A stretch of 64,000 bases of DNA from Nemertoderma westbladi (lineage: Eukaryota; Animalia; Xenacoelomorpha), in contig JAUCBJ010008363.1 in NCBI GenBank assembly GCA_032718475.1, positions 248,001-312,000 of the forward strand, read 5' to 3'. Below are positions 62,201 to 64,000 of the stretch, one piece after another. Positions within the stretch are counted from its first letter, which is position 1. Every line of letters begins with the position of its first letter. Position numbers and translations under genes: made by a program. The notes below the pieces were generated by a model, which made no database searches, had not been told where the DNA came from, and saw only the letters and a list, made by a program, of their open reading frames with translations.

Positions 62201-64000
62201 CCTCAAATTTCTCAGCTATTTCTTGAATATAATGAGTATTAAAGCCATGTCAAAATCCTTGGGGTTTTTCAGCAATAATTTATCAAAATATCCTCAGATT
62301 TTTTACAAAAAACGACATCGATTTTCATATTTATAACTTCTAACCCACTCCAAGAGATAGAGAATCTTAAACGAAAGTCAAAAGAGCAGGTAACACTTAC
62401 ATTTATAGAAGTAATCCGCTGTTATTTGCTTCGTCTTTCCCCAGGAGATGGATGAATTTTGATTGCGTCGGAACACCCCCTTTTTGAGGCTCTCAGAGTG
62501 GACAGATAAGTAGCCTATTTCCCTGTTAATATTGTTCTGTTGTAGAATATTTATTATAGTTTCATCGTATTGCTAATGTGGCTGGAGTTAAAGTTATTAT
62601 GTAATGCAATAATTCACCTCAAATATCTCAGTTTTTTCATGAACATAATGAAGTATTAAAGCCATGTCAAAATCTTCGGGGTTTTTCAGCAATAATTTAT
62701 CAAAATATCCTCAGATTTTTTACAAAAAACGACATCGAGTTTCATATTTATAACTTCTAACCCACTCCAAGAGATAGAGAATCTTAAACGAAAGTCATAA
62801 GAATAGGTAACACTTTCATTTATAGAAGTAATCCGCTGTTATTTGCTTCGTCTTTCCCCAGGAGATGGATGAATTTTGATTGCGTCGGAACACCCCTTTC
62901 TGAGGCTCTCAGAGTGGAGAGAAATGTAGCCTATCTCCCTGTTAATATTGTTGTGTTCTTGAATATTTATTATAGTTTCATCGTATTGCCAAAGCGGCTG
63001 GAATCGAAGTTAATATGTGATACAATAATTCACCTCAAATTTCTTAGCTATTTCATGAATATAATGAGTATTAAAGCCATGTCAAAATCCTTGGGGTTTT
63101 TCAGCAATAATTTATCAAAATATCCTCAGATTTTTTACAAAAAACGACATCGATTTTCATATTTATAACTTCTATCCCACTCCACGAGATAGAGAATCTT
63201 AAACGAAAGTCAAAAGAACAGGTAACACTTACATTTATAGAAGTAATCAGCTTTTATTTGCTTCGTCTTTCCCCTGGAGATGGTTAAATTTTAATTGTGT
63301 CAAAACACCCCTCCCTATCTGTGGCTGTCTGAGTGGAGAGATAAGTAGCCTATCTCCCTGTTAATCCTGTTGTGTTCTAGAATATTTATTATAGTTTCAT
63401 CGTATTGCCAAAGCGGCTGGAGCCAAGGTTAATATGTAATGCAATAATTCACCTCAAATATCTTAGCTATTTCATGAATATAATGAGTATTAAATCCTTG
63501 TCAAAATTCTTGGTGTTTTCAGCAATAATTTATTAAAATATCCTCAGATTTTTTACTAAAAACGACATTGATTTTCATATTTATAACTTCTAACCCACTC
63601 CACGAGATAGAGAATCTTAAACGAAAGTCATAAGAACAGGTAACACTTTCATTTATAGAAGTAATCAGCTGTTATTTGCTTCGTCTTTCCCCATGAGATG
63701 GATGAATTTTGATTGCGTCGGAACACCCCCTTTCTGAGGCTCTCAGAGTGGAGAGATAAGTAGCCTATCTCCCTGTTAATATTGTTGTGTTCTAGAATTT
63801 TTATTATAGTTTTATCGTATTGCCAAAGCGGCTGGAGCCGAAATTAATATGTAATGCAATAATTCACCTCAAATTTCTCAGCTATTTCTTGAATATAATG
63901 AGTATTAAAGCCATGTCAAAATCCTTGGGGTTTTTCAGCAATAATTTATCAAAATATCCTCAGATTTTTTACAAAAAACGACATCGATTTTCATATTTAT
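53260..64000. repeat. ~416-bp satellite, right sub-array: diverged monomers, then a 2499-bp hexamer higher-order repeat
   Basis: Same monomer and orientation as the left array. Matching variants at 59655/62154 and 60370/62869 (2499 bp) and at 60370/61203 (833 bp). Runs off the right edge of the window. Confidence 0.97.

Noticed and set aside
892-63168. Dozens of 60-99 aa ORFs (MPKRLEPKLIC.., MYNIYYSF..) read as a tandem gene family
   Set aside because: They start mostly at TTG, are frameshifted or stopped in many monomers, have variable C-termini and show no recognisable domain. They are by-products of the satellite.
1-64000. CRISPR array or other prokaryotic system
   Set aside because: The repeats are contiguous ~416-bp monomers without unique spacers. 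There are no cas genes, and all coding content is eukaryotic retroelement.

Overview
This is eukaryotic, most likely animal, heterochromatin-type DNA with no host genes, RNA genes or CRISPR arrays. About 43 kb is a head-to-tail AT-rich satellite with a ~416-bp monomer. It has sequence-variant monomers, a recurrent 324-bp deletion monomer and higher-order repeats of 833 bp, 2499 bp and 3331 bp, plus a block duplicated at a 12,044-bp offset. Six insertions interrupt the array: (1) a 2152-bp solo LTR (1568-3719, TG..CA, 5-bp GAAGT target-site duplication [TSD]); (2-4) three non-autonomous TTAA/CCCT piggyBac-like elements (8039-9048, 20815-22366, 28778-29255); (5) a 5'-truncated RTE-type LINE (37457-39922); (6) a decayed BEL/Pao LTR retrotransposon truncated at both ends (40039-53259), whose LTR remnants are related to the solo LTR. 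The strongest observations are four. The three internally unrelated TTAA elements share exact end geometry: ACTTTTCCTAAAA 95 bp from one end and a core repeat at a 26-bp offset at the other. The BEL element carries a degraded extra ORF after pol with a CxxC-x23-CxxH motif. The LINE 5' junction has a target-templated snap-back hairpin. Matched empty sites within the window allow the insertions to be ordered relative to the array duplications. The many MPKRLEPK ORFs are satellite artefacts. All alignments were done by eye and no databases were searched.
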